The notes below the pieces were generated by a model that was not told where the DNA came from, searched no databases, and saw nothing but the letters and a program-made list of their open reading frames with translations. The position numbers were made by a program, and so were the translations under genes. DNA of 64,000 nt from Nostoc sp. (GTDB taxonomy: Bacteria > Cyanobacteriota > Cyanobacteriia > Cyanobacteriales > Nostocaceae): positions 1-64,000 of the forward strand of contig JBALDB010000015.1 in the NCBI GenBank assembly GCA_036918135.1, in the 5' to 3' direction. Position 1 is the stretch's first letter; each line of letters opens with the position of its first letter. Below are positions 9,517 through 21,300 of the stretch, piece after piece.

Positions 9517-10377
9517 TTAGCTATCTGTGAATTGGGCTAAAATCCTTTGGGCTTCCGTACACAGTACATGGTGATATTCACTATTACTAGCCAGCAAACC
9601 TCCCCACTGATTAATATCATCAGTGTTGTATTGCAAAGCTGTACCATCGAAATGAGTAAATTTACCTCCAGCTTCGGTTAAAATGAGTTCTGGAGCTGCG
9701 ATATCCCAGTCTTTGGGAGCAGATTTGCCGGAGAGAGAAATGTAGATTTCTGCCTGTTGTTCGACAATTGTGGCAATTTTACATCCGACACTGCCAACAG
9801 TTTTTTGATTTTGACACGGTAAGTTTTGAAGTAAATAATTTAAACGTTGGTTACGGTGAGAACGACTTACGACTAGGGTTAAATCCTCAACTCGTTTACC
9901 TGAGGACACTTGTAAACGAACACAAGTATTACGAGTTTCTCTAAACGTACCCCCGCCTTTTGTGGCATAATACAACTTTTGTGCTTCTGGGACTGCCACC
10001 ACTGCTAACACTGGGCGTGTTTCCTTGACTAAAGCAATGTGAATCGCATACTCCCCAGTTTTTTCGATAAAGTCCCGTGTGCCATCCAAAGGGTCAATAA
10101 TCCATACCCAAGGAGTAGACGGCTGTGCAGACTTACTTAAGGATTGATAAGTTTCTTCGCTGATATAAATAAAATCTTCATCGCCCAAAGTTGCTTGCAG
10201 CTTTTCTAGAATATATTGGCTGACAGTTACATCGGCAACGGTAACAGGTTCATTTTGTTTGTATTGTACTGCTAAATTAGAATCTTTAGCAGTGCCGTGA
10301 TAATACGATCGCAGTATATCAGCTGCTTCCCAACCTACCTGACGAGCGATCGCTAATATTTCTTGTAAGTCTTTCAT
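9517..10377 (-). CDS. cysQ: 3'(2'),5'-bisphosphate nucleotidase (inositol monophosphatase family)
   Basis: PVTVAD, ISEE, WIIDPLDGTRDF, VVSRSH and KDWDIAAP motifs. Confidence 0.88.
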   Translation of the reverse strand: MKDLQEILAIARQVGWEAADILRSYYHGTAKDSNLAVQYKQNEPVTVADVTVSQYILEKLQATLGDEDFIYISEETYQSLSKSAQPSTPWVWIIDPLDGTRDFIEKTGEYAIHIALVKETRPVLAVVAVPEAQKLYYATKGGGTFRETRNTCVRLQVSSGKRVEDLTLVVSRSHRNQRLNYLLQNLPCQNQKTVGSVGCKIATIVEQQAEIYISLSGKSAPKDWDIAAPELILTEAGGKFTHFDGTALQYNTDDINQWGGLLASNSEYHHVLCTEAQRILAQFTDS

Positions 10378-10439
10378 TAATTTAGCCTGGTCTTACTTAA
10401 AAATATATAACCTGAGTAGGGCACACTAGCTGCACGTTC

Positions 10440-11306
10440 CTACCTAAAATCCATCCAGCGCCGAGTACCAAAAAATTGACAGGAATCAGCAGCGATATTT
10501 GCTGCTAGTACCAGTGCATCGATAAAACTTTCTCTTAAGATGTAATGACAGAAGCCACCGTGAAAAATATCTCCAGCTGCTAAGGTATCAACGGCTTGAA
10601 TCTGGGGCACATCTACAATACCAGTTTTAGTGCAACTCAAGTATTCAATTGGTTTTTCTCCGTGGGTAATGGCGATATGAGGAATATCAAATTTACTCAG
10701 ATAAGCAAAAACCGCTTCTGAAGTCTGACATTTGGGGGGATAAAAATTAGCCGAACAGATGGCGTAATCTACAAATGGTAGAATTTGTTCAAATCCAGGT
10801 TTCCAACTACCACCATCGATGACTACTGGGATATTCTGTGCTTTTGCCATTTGGGCTATGGAATAACCAACCGCCATCTGATGTCCATCAATTAGTACTA
10901 TGGCAACATTTTCTAAAATATTAGCTGGGATAGATTCGCTACTGGCTTGAGTTTTCACAGCATTGATCGAAACCACTGCTCGTTGCCCTGTGGTTTGGGT
11001 AACAATAATTGAAGAAACAGGTGGTGCTAAATCGGTGGTAGGCTCTAGATCGGCGATCGCTACTTGATAATTTGCCAAATCACCTCGAATTAGTTGCGTC
11101 ATCGGATGAGAACCCACCACACCCAAAACTGTAGCCTGATTACCTAAATAGCTGAAAGTTACAGCCGCGTTTGTAGCTGGCCCGCCTGCTGCAACACTAT
11201 AGTCACAAGCAACAATTTTTTGATTATTCTTCGGGGGAGAGTCAGCCAGGTAAATCAAATCCAAGGTTACTAAACCTACAAATAACCCACGATATAGATT
11301 AGTCAT
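10440..11306 (-). CDS. PfkB-family sugar kinase
   Basis: AGGPATNAA and VDTLAAGDIFHG motifs. Confidence 0.88.
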   Translation of the reverse strand: MTNLYRGLFVGLVTLDLIYLADSPPKNNQKIVACDYSVAAGGPATNAAVTFSYLGNQATVLGVVGSHPMTQLIRGDLANYQVAIADLEPTTDLAPPVSSIIVTQTTGQRAVVSINAVKTQASSESIPANILENVAIVLIDGHQMAVGYSIAQMAKAQNIPVVIDGGSWKPGFEQILPFVDYAICSANFYPPKCQTSEAVFAYLSKFDIPHIAITHGEKPIEYLSCTKTGIVDVPQIQAVDTLAAGDIFHGGFCHYILRESFIDALVLAANIAADSCQFFGTRRWMDFR

Positions 11307-11422
11307 TTATCATTTGTGTTTGTAGTAGTGTATGAATTATTTGCCCTAACTCCTAACTTTTAACTCTTGGAAAGACTTGGGTTAATCGCGTCTCTTAACT
11401 CTAAACTTCTAACTTTTTGCTC

Positions 11423-12289
11423 ATGCAAACCGATCCTAAACCAGGAACACTTTACGTCGTCGGCACACCAATTGGCAACTTAGAAGATATGACCTTTCGG
11501 GCTGTGCGAATTTTACAAACTGTGGATATCATTGCTGCGGAAGACACGCGTCACACAGGGAAATTGCTACAGCATTTTAAAATTAAGACACCCCAAGTAA
11601 GTTACCATGAACATAATCGTACCAGTCGGATTCCAGAATTATTAGAATATTTGGCTAATAATAAAGCGATCGCACTGGTTAGTGATGCTGGAATGCCAGG
11701 AATATCCGATCCTGGATATGAATTGGTAAAAGCTTGTATTGCCACAAAGATTCCTGTAGTTCCGATTCCTGGCGCTAGTGCAGCAATAACCGCTTTGAGT
11801 GCAGCTGGACTACCAACGGATCGATTTGTGTTTGAAGGTTTTCTCCCCGCAAAAAGCCAACAGCGACGAGAACATTTAGAATCTCTGCAAACAGAATCTC
11901 GCACATTGATTTTCTACGAATCGCCCCACCGCTTGCGAGATACTTTACAAGACTTAGCAGAGGTTTTGGGAAGCGATCGCCAAATCGTGCTAGGACGGGA
12001 GTTAACTAAATTGTATGAGGAATTTTGGCGGGGAACAACTGCCGAGGCGATCGCTGATTACAGCCAACGAGAACCCCAAGGTGAATATACCTTAGTTGTT
12101 GCCGGAATTTTACCAAGTCAGCCCCAATTAACACAAGAGGAATTAAAAGCTGAATTGAAACAATTAATTAGTCAAGGAATATCGCGATCGCAAGCTAGCC
12201 GTCAATTAGCAAAAGTTACTTCTCTTCCCCGCCGCCAACTCTATCAACTAGCTCTTTCTTTAATTGTAGAGTTTGATTCTAATATTTAA
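11423..12289 (+). CDS. rsmI: 16S rRNA (cytidine1402-2'-O)-methyltransferase
   Basis: LYVVGTPIGNLEDMT, AAEDTR, VSDAGMPGISDPG, FYESPHR and RELTKLYEE; ATG at 11423. Confidence 0.96.
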   Translation: MQTDPKPGTLYVVGTPIGNLEDMTFRAVRILQTVDIIAAEDTRHTGKLLQHFKIKTPQVSYHEHNRTSRIPELLEYLANNKAIALVSDAGMPGISDPGYELVKACIATKIPVVPIPGASAAITALSAAGLPTDRFVFEGFLPAKSQQRREHLESLQTESRTLIFYESPHRLRDTLQDLAEVLGSDRQIVLGRELTKLYEEFWRGTTAEAIADYSQREPQGEYTLVVAGILPSQPQLTQEELKAELKQLISQGISRSQASRQLAKVTSLPRRQLYQLALSLIVEFDSNI

Positions 12290-12370
12290 ATATATAAAAA
12301 ATGTAATATTATATATGCAAAATAGTACCATTATTAATCAAGTATTCGCGCTTTAATTGCCAAATCTTGC

Positions 12371-13678
12371 ATGAAAAGCTTATTTTCTTTTTCCTTTTGG
12401 AAGCAAATTCTTCTTGCTCTCCTGTTTTATATTGTTTGCAGTAGTATAGGTATCCTGGTTTCACCGAATGGAATTGCAAAATTAGCAGTACAGGAGGGAA
12501 AAGAGTTTCAGTATTGGGATGCAATTCATTACGTCAATCTGGGTTTAAATCCTCGTTGTCAAGCCTTCTATCCACTTTGGTCTCAAATAAATCATTTATT
12601 TGTCCCAGAAAATCCTGTTGTTGGTCTTCGGTATGCTTTTATCCTCTGTAACATCCTCTTTGTTTTGTCACTGCCTATCATTTTATTTGTTTTACGAAAA
12701 GTAATTAAGTCAGAAAGTCTTAGCTTTATTACTCTCATACTTTACGTTCTTAATCCCAATTCTATTTTCCATAGTATTGGCTACACTGAAAGCTTGTTCT
12801 CGTTCTGGGCAATCATTAGTGTGGTAGCTCTGTTATTTCCAACCTCTGTGCTTTGGAATAGCATTTTAGCAGTATCCGTGATTCTAATGTCTGTGTCTCG
12901 ACCGAGTTTAGTGCAACTTCTGTTTGCTTCATTTTCTGCACTTATTTGCGTATTTTTAGGAAGTTACTTAGAATCTGAAACTTATTCCCAAATTAGGCAG
13001 TGGAAAAAATATATTATCCCAACTGGATTAATTGCTATATGCGCTATTGTAGGTTATTCGATTTATGGGATTTATTGTTTACTATCAACAGGCAACTTTT
13101 TGGCTCCCTTTCAAGCTCAGATAAAGTGGGGAAGAACTCTTCAGCTACGACCGTTATTTCTGCTCTTTCCCAGATCTCTTTTAAATGATTTACACGGTCT
13201 GTACTTTCCATTTATTCTATTATTACTAGCAATTATCCTTATTTACTTTCATGCCAAACGCAAGCAGATTTCACTATATGTGCCCAAACATCCTCTATTA
13301 TGGATAACCCTTTTTTATCCTCCCATAGCGATTTTGATTTATTTTATCCGTTCTTGGCAATTAACCAAAGCTGGTAAAATTACTCCTCAATCTGTAACTC
13401 CAACCATTGGTCAACTACAAACAAATTATGTGTTCTTTTTTTCCTTATTCGTTTGTATAGCTAATGCAGGTATTGGATTTTTAGCGGCTTCGGGTTATCT
13501 CTATAGCCTAGCAAGATTTGTTTTTGCAACGCCCTTCTTTTTTATTGCTTTTGGTATGCTGATAGACCATCTCGATACTCCAAAAACACGAGAATTTCTT
13601 TACGGATGTATCTTAGTTTCTGGCTTAGGATTAGTCGAACAGTGGTATCGTTGGGGTAATAACCATTGGGTAGGATAA
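12371..13678 (+). CDS. Putative GT-C fold membrane glycosyltransferase (PIG-V/mannosyltransferase-like)
   Basis: Polytopic 435 aa; first-loop WDAIHY, AFYPLW, GYTESLF and late LARF motifs resemble PIG-V-like enzymes. Confidence 0.65.
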   Translation: MKSLFSFSFWKQILLALLFYIVCSSIGILVSPNGIAKLAVQEGKEFQYWDAIHYVNLGLNPRCQAFYPLWSQINHLFVPENPVVGLRYAFILCNILFVLSLPIILFVLRKVIKSESLSFITLILYVLNPNSIFHSIGYTESLFSFWAIISVVALLFPTSVLWNSILAVSVILMSVSRPSLVQLLFASFSALICVFLGSYLESETYSQIRQWKKYIIPTGLIAICAIVGYSIYGIYCLLSTGNFLAPFQAQIKWGRTLQLRPLFLLFPRSLLNDLHGLYFPFILLLLAIILIYFHAKRKQISLYVPKHPLLWITLFYPPIAILIYFIRSWQLTKAGKITPQSVTPTIGQLQTNYVFFFSLFVCIANAGIGFLAASGYLYSLARFVFATPFFFIAFGMLIDHLDTPKTREFLYGCILVSGLGLVEQWYRWGNNHWVG

Positions 13679-13750
13679 TTTAAGAAAAGGCATTGATTTT
13701 TTTAAAACCTATTTTTAGTAAAAATTAAGAATATTAATTTATACAAGTAT

Positions 13751-15238
13751 ATGCAAAATAGTCTTATTAAAAACCAATTCCAAAACTTGCCTATACTTTT
13801 CTTAATAATTTTAGCTATAGTTTTCAGAATTTACAATATTAATTCGCCAATTATCGGTATTCATTCATGGCGTCAATCAGATACAGCAGCAATAGCTAGA
13901 AATTTTTATGAGAATGGTTTTAACTTCTTTTATCCTCAAATTGATTGGGGAGGTAATTCACTAGGTTATTGCGAAACGGAGTTTCCAATTTATTCATTTA
14001 TCGTTGCTCTTATTTATAGGCTTTTTGGAGTTTCAGAATTTTGGGGAAGATTAACATCAATTATTTGTTTTTTAGTAGCTCTTTACTTCCTCTATCAACT
14101 AGTTGTCAAAGTTTTAAATAAAAAAGTTGCATTTTGGTCTTGCTTATTTTTTATAAGTTTACCTTTAAATATTTATTATAGTAGAACTTTTCAGCCAGAA
14201 TCGATGCTGTTGATGTGTTCAATTATTGGTATCTACTATTTCATTAATTGGCTGGACTCAGAAGAATCGAAAGAATTAATTTTATCAGGAATCTTTGTAG
14301 CCTTGGCTTGTCTAATCAAAGTTTTACCAATAATATATTTAGGAATTCCACTTTTTTACTTAGCATGGACTAAATTTGGTATCAAAGTCTTTCTTCAAAT
14401 ATCTCTATGGATTTATAGTATATTGATATTAGCATCTGTAGTTATCTGGTATTACCATGCTCACCAGCTATTTTTAGAGTATGGTAATACTTTTGGTTTT
14501 TGGTCAGGCTCAACAAATAGATATAACTACAATATTGTACTAACCTTACATTTTTGGACAGAAATATTATTTAGAACTGCTGTTAGACATTTTGCTATTT
14601 TTGGCTTTGTCATCTTTTTATTAGGATTGTTGATTCCTAGAAAAACTAGACAAGAATATGTCTTAGATATTTGGTTAATTTCAGTCATATTAACTTGGAT
14701 TTTAGTACCTATTACTAGTCTAGTTCATGAATATTATCAACTCCAATTTATGCTTCCTGGAGTAATATTCATGGGTAAAGCTTGTAATCAATACTTGGAT
14801 AAAACTGCAAAGCAAGCTAATTATAGAAAAGCTATAATATTGTGCTTATATCTAACTTTAGCTGCTAGTTGTACTATTTATACTATTGATTATATGTTCA
14901 AGGAAAGAATAAATAAATCCGTTGTTTTTCAACTAGCACAACAAGTAAAACAAAATACTGAATCTAAGTCACTAATAATTGCTACTACTGGTAGTGATCC
15001 CACACTACTTTATTTATCACATCGAAAAGGTTGGCTAATTAACCATAGCGATGTCACCGAGAAATATATTTTATCTAGAGCCAACTTAGGAGCTAAATAT
15101 CTAGTAGGAAGTTTAAATTTTGTGGAAAGCTATAATTTTTTTGTAGATGATGAACAAAAACAAAAAGTTCATAATTTTCTCAATCAACATCCGAATCTTC
15201 TCAAAGATAGTACGAACTTTATCGCTAAATTACCATGA
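13751..15238 (+). CDS. ArnT/PMT-like (GT39/GT83) membrane glycosyltransferase
   Basis: HSWRQSDTAAIARNFY, ETEFPIY, YYSRTFQPES, LACLIK and HEYYQL motifs; many TM segments. Confidence 0.8.
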   Translation: MQNSLIKNQFQNLPILFLIILAIVFRIYNINSPIIGIHSWRQSDTAAIARNFYENGFNFFYPQIDWGGNSLGYCETEFPIYSFIVALIYRLFGVSEFWGRLTSIICFLVALYFLYQLVVKVLNKKVAFWSCLFFISLPLNIYYSRTFQPESMLLMCSIIGIYYFINWLDSEESKELILSGIFVALACLIKVLPIIYLGIPLFYLAWTKFGIKVFLQISLWIYSILILASVVIWYYHAHQLFLEYGNTFGFWSGSTNRYNYNIVLTLHFWTEILFRTAVRHFAIFGFVIFLLGLLIPRKTRQEYVLDIWLISVILTWILVPITSLVHEYYQLQFMLPGVIFMGKACNQYLDKTAKQANYRKAIILCLYLTLAASCTIYTIDYMFKERINKSVVFQLAQQVKQNTESKSLIIATTGSDPTLLYLSHRKGWLINHSDVTEKYILSRANLGAKYLVGSLNFVESYNFFVDDEQKQKVHNFLNQHPNLLKDSTNFIAKLP

Positions 15239-15358
15239 GTTCGATAGTTTAAAAAAGGTCAAAAAGCTGAGACTGTAATTACATTAAAAAAAGGCTGTCT
15301 CAGGTTAATATATGAGGTTTGTTAACTGCTGATGGTTGACAGTCAACAGGTAACAAGC

Positions 15359-18300
15359 TTAATTTTTTGGAGACTGCGCTTGAATTAAGCAATTTTTCAA
15401 TATCTCGGCTAACACGTGTACGTGGGGTTCGCGAAATAGAGAAAGGTGAGACCCGGGAACGTAATGAATATCTAATCCTCCAGCAACCAAGTCACCCCAA
15501 CCGAATTGAGGATCGTATTGTGTACCTATAGCTTCGTCTCGATTCCGATCCTCAGTTCGCAAAAGAATAGCTCGACCAGGGTAAACTGGGTAAATATATT
15601 TACTAATAGCTTGAGTGTTACTATCTATAATCTCTAAATGTTTGTCAGTTTCAGGTAAATCAAGTGCTACTTCCAAGTAACGTTTATATCTATTTTGGAA
15701 ACGCGACTTCTTCCAATAGCTCCATCTCATGACCGTTTGCCAAAGGTACATAGGTCCTTGTTGAGCAATTTTATTTAAATGCAAGAACATTCGTTTGAGA
15801 AATGGCGATCGCTTGCTATAACCAGGACGACAACTATCAAGGATAATTAAAATACCAATTTCTTCACCTTGTTCGTGGAGTTGTCGAGCCATCTCGAAGG
15901 CAACTGCACCTCCAAAGGAATAACCTCCGAGAAAATAAGGGCCATTCGGTTGAAGGGTTTTAATTTCTTGAATGTAGTGTGCGGCCATGTCTTCAACACG
16001 AGTATCAAGAGGGTGTTTTCCATCCAGCCCCCGTGGTTGTAGTCCGTAAAATGGTTGTTCTAGGCCGAGATGTTGTGCCAATTCACGAAAACACAAGACT
16101 TCTCCACCTAGTCCGTGAATACAGAAAAAAGGTGGCTTGGAACCATTGGGTTGAATTGCTACCAGGGATGACCAAGTAGTTGTTGATTTATCCTCTAGTG
16201 AAGCCATGTTTGTTGCTAAATCTTCTTGTTGGCAAATTATTTTGGCTAAAGCCTCTACAGTACTTGACTGGAAAAGAATGGCAAGCGGCAGATTTTTATG
16301 AAATATCTTTTCAATTTGCCAAAATAATTTTACTGCAAGTAAAGAGTGTCCTCCTAGTTCAAAAAAGTTATCTTGAACGCCAATGGGTTGGACACCTAAA
16401 AGTTGTTCCCAAATCTCTATTAGCTGACGTTCCACTTGATTCCGGGGAGCAACGAAGGTCGCTTCTGGCTCTTGCCTCGATAAGTCGGGTGCAGGTAGAG
16501 CACGGCGGTTTACCTTGCCGTTAGCAGTTAAGGGCATGGTGTCCAGCAAGACGAAAGCTGAAGGTAGCATGTACTGTGGCAGCTTTGTCGAGAGGAAGCG
16601 CCGGATTTCACTAATTGTTTTTACTGAGTCTTGATTTAGGATAATGTAAGCTACTAAACGTCGATCCCCAGGAACATCTTCACGCGCAACTACTACAGTC
16701 TGGAGTACATTTGGATGTTGGGCTAATACCGTCTCAATTTCTCCTGGTTCAATGCGTATTCCACGGATTTTGACTTGATGATCTTGGCGACCGAGAATTT
16801 CTAAAGAACCATCTGGACGATAGCTACCGCGATCGCCTGTATAATAAATCCAATCTTGTTCGTCATTCCCAAAAGGATTTTGAACAAACCGAGAACGGTT
16901 TTCTTGCTGGGCATTGATGTAGCCCAAACTCCGGAATGGAGTTCGGATAACAATTTCCCCTGGTTCACCAATGCCGCACAGTTGATGATTTGGTGTGAAA
17001 ACCAGTGCTTGGGTTTGTGGTAATGGCGATCCTACTGGCTGTACCCCAGGTGTACACTCAACAGGTACTCGGTAATAACATTTGGCTAAAGTTGTCTCTG
17101 TCGGCCCATAAAGATTGACAATTTCTCCTGATTCTGGGAAAGCATCGCGCCACCGAAGTACAAGTGTTTCCTTGAGAGGTTCTCCAGCAAAAAATAACCA
17201 GCGTAAGTTACGTAGAAAGACTCCTGAGGGTACATTACCTAACCAAGATTGTGCCAACGAAGGAACTGTGTGCAATATAGAAATTTGCTCCTGTTCCAAG
17301 TAAGGCAAAATTCTACTCGGTTCTAAGTTATCTCCTTGCTCTGGCAAACACAGGGTTGCACCACTAGTCAAAGGTAAGAAAATATCTCTAAGGACGACAT
17401 CAAAGGAAAGACCTGTCAATTGGGCAACACGGTCTTGCTGACCAATTTTAAATGTCTGTCGTTGCCAATTGAGAAAATGTGCCATTCCTTTGTGACACCC
17501 CAGCACTCCTTTTGGTACACCTGTGGTGCCGGAAGTAAAGAAAATATAAGCTGCATCGTCACCAGCGATTTGGGGCAAGTTGACGGTTTGATTATTGCCC
17601 TTGGATGAATTTAAGATTTCTCCTGTATCTGGATTTACATAAATACCGATCAAAGATTCAGCTATACCCCTGTGTTCTTGGACTTGACTATCTATATATA
17701 GTATGTATTTAGCTTTAGCTTCTCGTAGCATAAGTTGGTGGCGATCGCTAGGTAGTTTCGGATCGAGTGTCAACAGCACACCGCCACTCAAAAGTACGCT
17801 CACCATACTTGCAATCAGCCCAAAGCTTCGCGTCCCTAACACGGCTACTACATCTCCCTGTTCAACTCCCTGGGATAATAAAACCCGTGCTAAGGCTTGA
17901 GCTATTTTGCCTAATTCCTCATAATTCCAACTGCAAGATCCTTGACGAACTGCTGAATGTTCTGGAATCGAGTTAACCCAAGAGGTAAACATTGTTGTTA
18001 CCAATTCGTACTCTGGTTCTGGCAACACTGCACTTGGTTCTGGCAGCAAAAATTGCGCTTGTGGTGTGACAAGGGAATACAAATTGATTTTTCTGTCTGG
18101 AGCAGCAACAATTTGCTCGAGCAAATAATGGAATTGATCGAGCATTTCCATCATCCGCTCTGAAGTAAATAAATCGGTATTGTAGACTAAATCAAGTTTG
18201 ATTCCTTGGTTTTGCTCTGTAACATACAAAGTTAAGTCAAACTTAGAAGCTGTTTCTAACATTGACACTGGTTCTACAGCTACCCCAGGTATTTCCAGTT

Positions 18301-21300
18301 GGATGTCCCTTAAGTTGAGCATATTAAACCACACTTGAAATAGTGGGTTGCGGCTAGTATCTCGTTCTGGTTGCAATTCTTCCACCAGTTTTTCAAAGGG
18401 CATATCTTGATGAGCATAAGCACCCAATGCCATCTGGCGGACTCGACTCAGCACTGAACGAAAACTAGGGTTACCAGAAAAATCAGTCCTTAAAACCACA
18501 GTGTTAATGAAAAATCCAATCAATCCTTCAATTTCAGAACGGTTACGTCCAGCAATCGGAGAACCAATGAGAATATCTTCTTGCCCACTGTAGCGATGCA
18601 GTATTGCTCCAAAGGCTGCCAGCAAGGTCATAAATAAAGTGACACCTTCCTGACGGGAGAGTTCTGTCAGCGATGCACTCAAGCTTTGGGGTAGCATTAA
18701 AGATTGAGCCGCCCCTTGGTAAGTTTGGATTGGCGGCCGTGGTCGGTCGGTGGGCAATTCCAGTACAGTATTAGCACCTGCTAACTGGGTTTTCCAGTAG
18801 TTTATTTGACTGGAGAGGACTTCACCCGATAGCCATTGATGCTGCCAAACAGCAAAATCGGCATATTGAATGGGTAATTTTGCTAAGGGGGAAGGCTTGC
18901 CGTTTAAAAAAGCTTCATAAACTGCTGCTAACTGCTGCCAGAGAATGCCCATTGACCAGCCATCTGAGGCAATGTGGTGCATGACCAACAGCAGTATCTG
19001 CTCTGTTTCATTTATTTGCAGCAACCTAGCTCGCAGCATCAAGTCAGATTCTAAGTTGAAGGGGCTTTGCGCTTCTTGATTGAGGAGACATTGCGCTTGC
19101 TCGTGTGTAACTTTAAGAATCTTGAGTTCGACTGGTCGAGGCGAAGCAATTACTTGTATGGGGCTACCATCAACTGATTTAATAAAGTTTGTTCGCAGTG
19201 CTTCGTGATGAACAACGATCGCATCTAGTGCCTGTTGCAATACATTTACATTTAATTCACCAGTTAAGCGCTGTGCATCTAAGATAATATATGCTCGGCT
19301 GTTGGGTTCCAACTGCTGCAAAAACCAGACTCGCTGCTGAGCAAAAGATAATGGGGCTGATTTTCGATTGGCTATTTGGGGAATAGTCTGATTTTCAGGA
19401 TTATTTTCTGGAATTTGGTTTTGAGCGAGTGCTTGAGCTAAATTAGCGATCGTGGGATTCTCAAACAAAAGTTGCAACGGTATTTCTATCCCGAAAGCTT
19501 GGCGAACTCGAGACATAACTTGAGTAGCCAGCAGTGAATGCCCTCCCAATTCAAAAAAATTGTTGTGGATACCTATTTGTTCCAGACGCAGAACTTTTGC
19601 CCAGATGTTAGCTAAAACTTCTTCTGTAGGATTCTGGGGTGAGACAAAGTTAGTTGATGAACCAAGATCCGATATATCTGGCGCAGGTAAAGCGCGGCGG
19701 TCTATTTTGCCATTGGGGTTTAATGGCAAGGTATCCAAAAATACAAAGTAGCTGGGTATCATGTATTCAGGTAGCCGACCTTGCAAAAAGTGTCGTAATT
19801 CAACCTGAGTAGGAATTTGCTCTGGACTAGCAACGATATATGCCACAAGTCGTTTGTCGCCAGGAACATCCTCTCTAGCCATGACTAAAGTCTGTGTCAG
19901 TGCCGGATGTTGACTGAGTACAGCTTCAATTTCTCCCAATTCAATCCGAAAGCCGCGAATCTTTACCTGGTGGTCAATGCGACCAAGGAACTCGATATTA
20001 CCATCGCTGTTGTAACGTGCTAAGTCCCCCGTTTTGTAAAGGCGGGCTGATTTTGGATTTTGAAATTTGTTTTTAGATTCAATATTTTTAGAAGACTCTA
20101 AATCCTCACCAGTATTGCCTAACAAAAAGTTAAAGGGGTTGGGAATAAACTTCTGTTTAGTTAGTTCTAGGCTGTTAAGATAACCCCGCGCTAGACCAGT
20201 ACCACCAATATACAGTTCACCTGATTCACCAACAGGCACAGGCTGTAAATTTTCATCAAGGATGTAAACTTGTGCATTAGTAATGGAGCGACCAATGGGA
20301 GCGATGGTATAATTAGTGTCCCGCTGGCAAGTCCAGAAAGTGGTATCAATGGAAGCTTCTGTCGGGCCATAACAATTGTGTAGAACATTGTCCAAATTCA
20401 ATTGGGCAAAGAACCGCTCTATGAGTTCGCCAGGTAAAGCTTCACCACCACAGGTAACGTGCCTGAGAAATTGGCAATTTTCAATTCCCTTTTCTTCTAG
20501 TAAAACACGCAGTATTGAAGGTACTAAGGCTAAAACAGTGATTTGCTGCTCGGTAATCACTTTTACAAGATAAGCAGCGTCTTGATGTCCGCCAGGGCGA
20601 GCCATAATTAATTGCCCCCCAAAGCACAACGTCCAGAATATCTGCCATACTGAGGGGTCAAAACTAAAAGATATCGTTAGTAAAACTTTGTCTGTCTGAG
20701 TTAAACCAAAGGTTGTTTGCCGCCAATACAATTGATTGCAGATTCCAGAGTGAGAAATCATTACACCCTTGGGCTGTCCTGTAGAACCAGATGTAAAAAT
20801 TACGTAGATTAGGTTATCAGGTGTTGTCTGGTTTACAGGATTATCTTGGTTAGTTTGGGTGTTTTCTTCCAAAAGCAAGTCTAGACAAATTACTTGCGCC
20901 TGATGTGGTGGTAGGTTCTTGACCAATTTCTCTTGGGTTAACAACACTGGTGTTTGTGTATCTTCCAAGATGAAAGCTAAACGCTCTTTTGGATATGATG
21001 GATCTAAAGGCACATAAGCACCTCCAGCTTTAAGAATTCCTAACAGTCCTACAATCATCTCCAAGGAGCGCTCTATACAAATACCCACAAGTACTTCCGG
21101 TCCAACGCCTAAAGTACGTAGATAGTACGCTAACTGATTTGCCTGTTGATTTAACTGTTGATATGTAAGTTGTGTGTCTTCAAATACTACAGCAATTGCT
21201 TGGGGCGATCGCTCTACTTGCATCTCAAACATTTGATGAATGCATAAATTCTGAGCAAATGGCTGAACATTACTCGATTCATATCCAACTTCAGTGCCAA

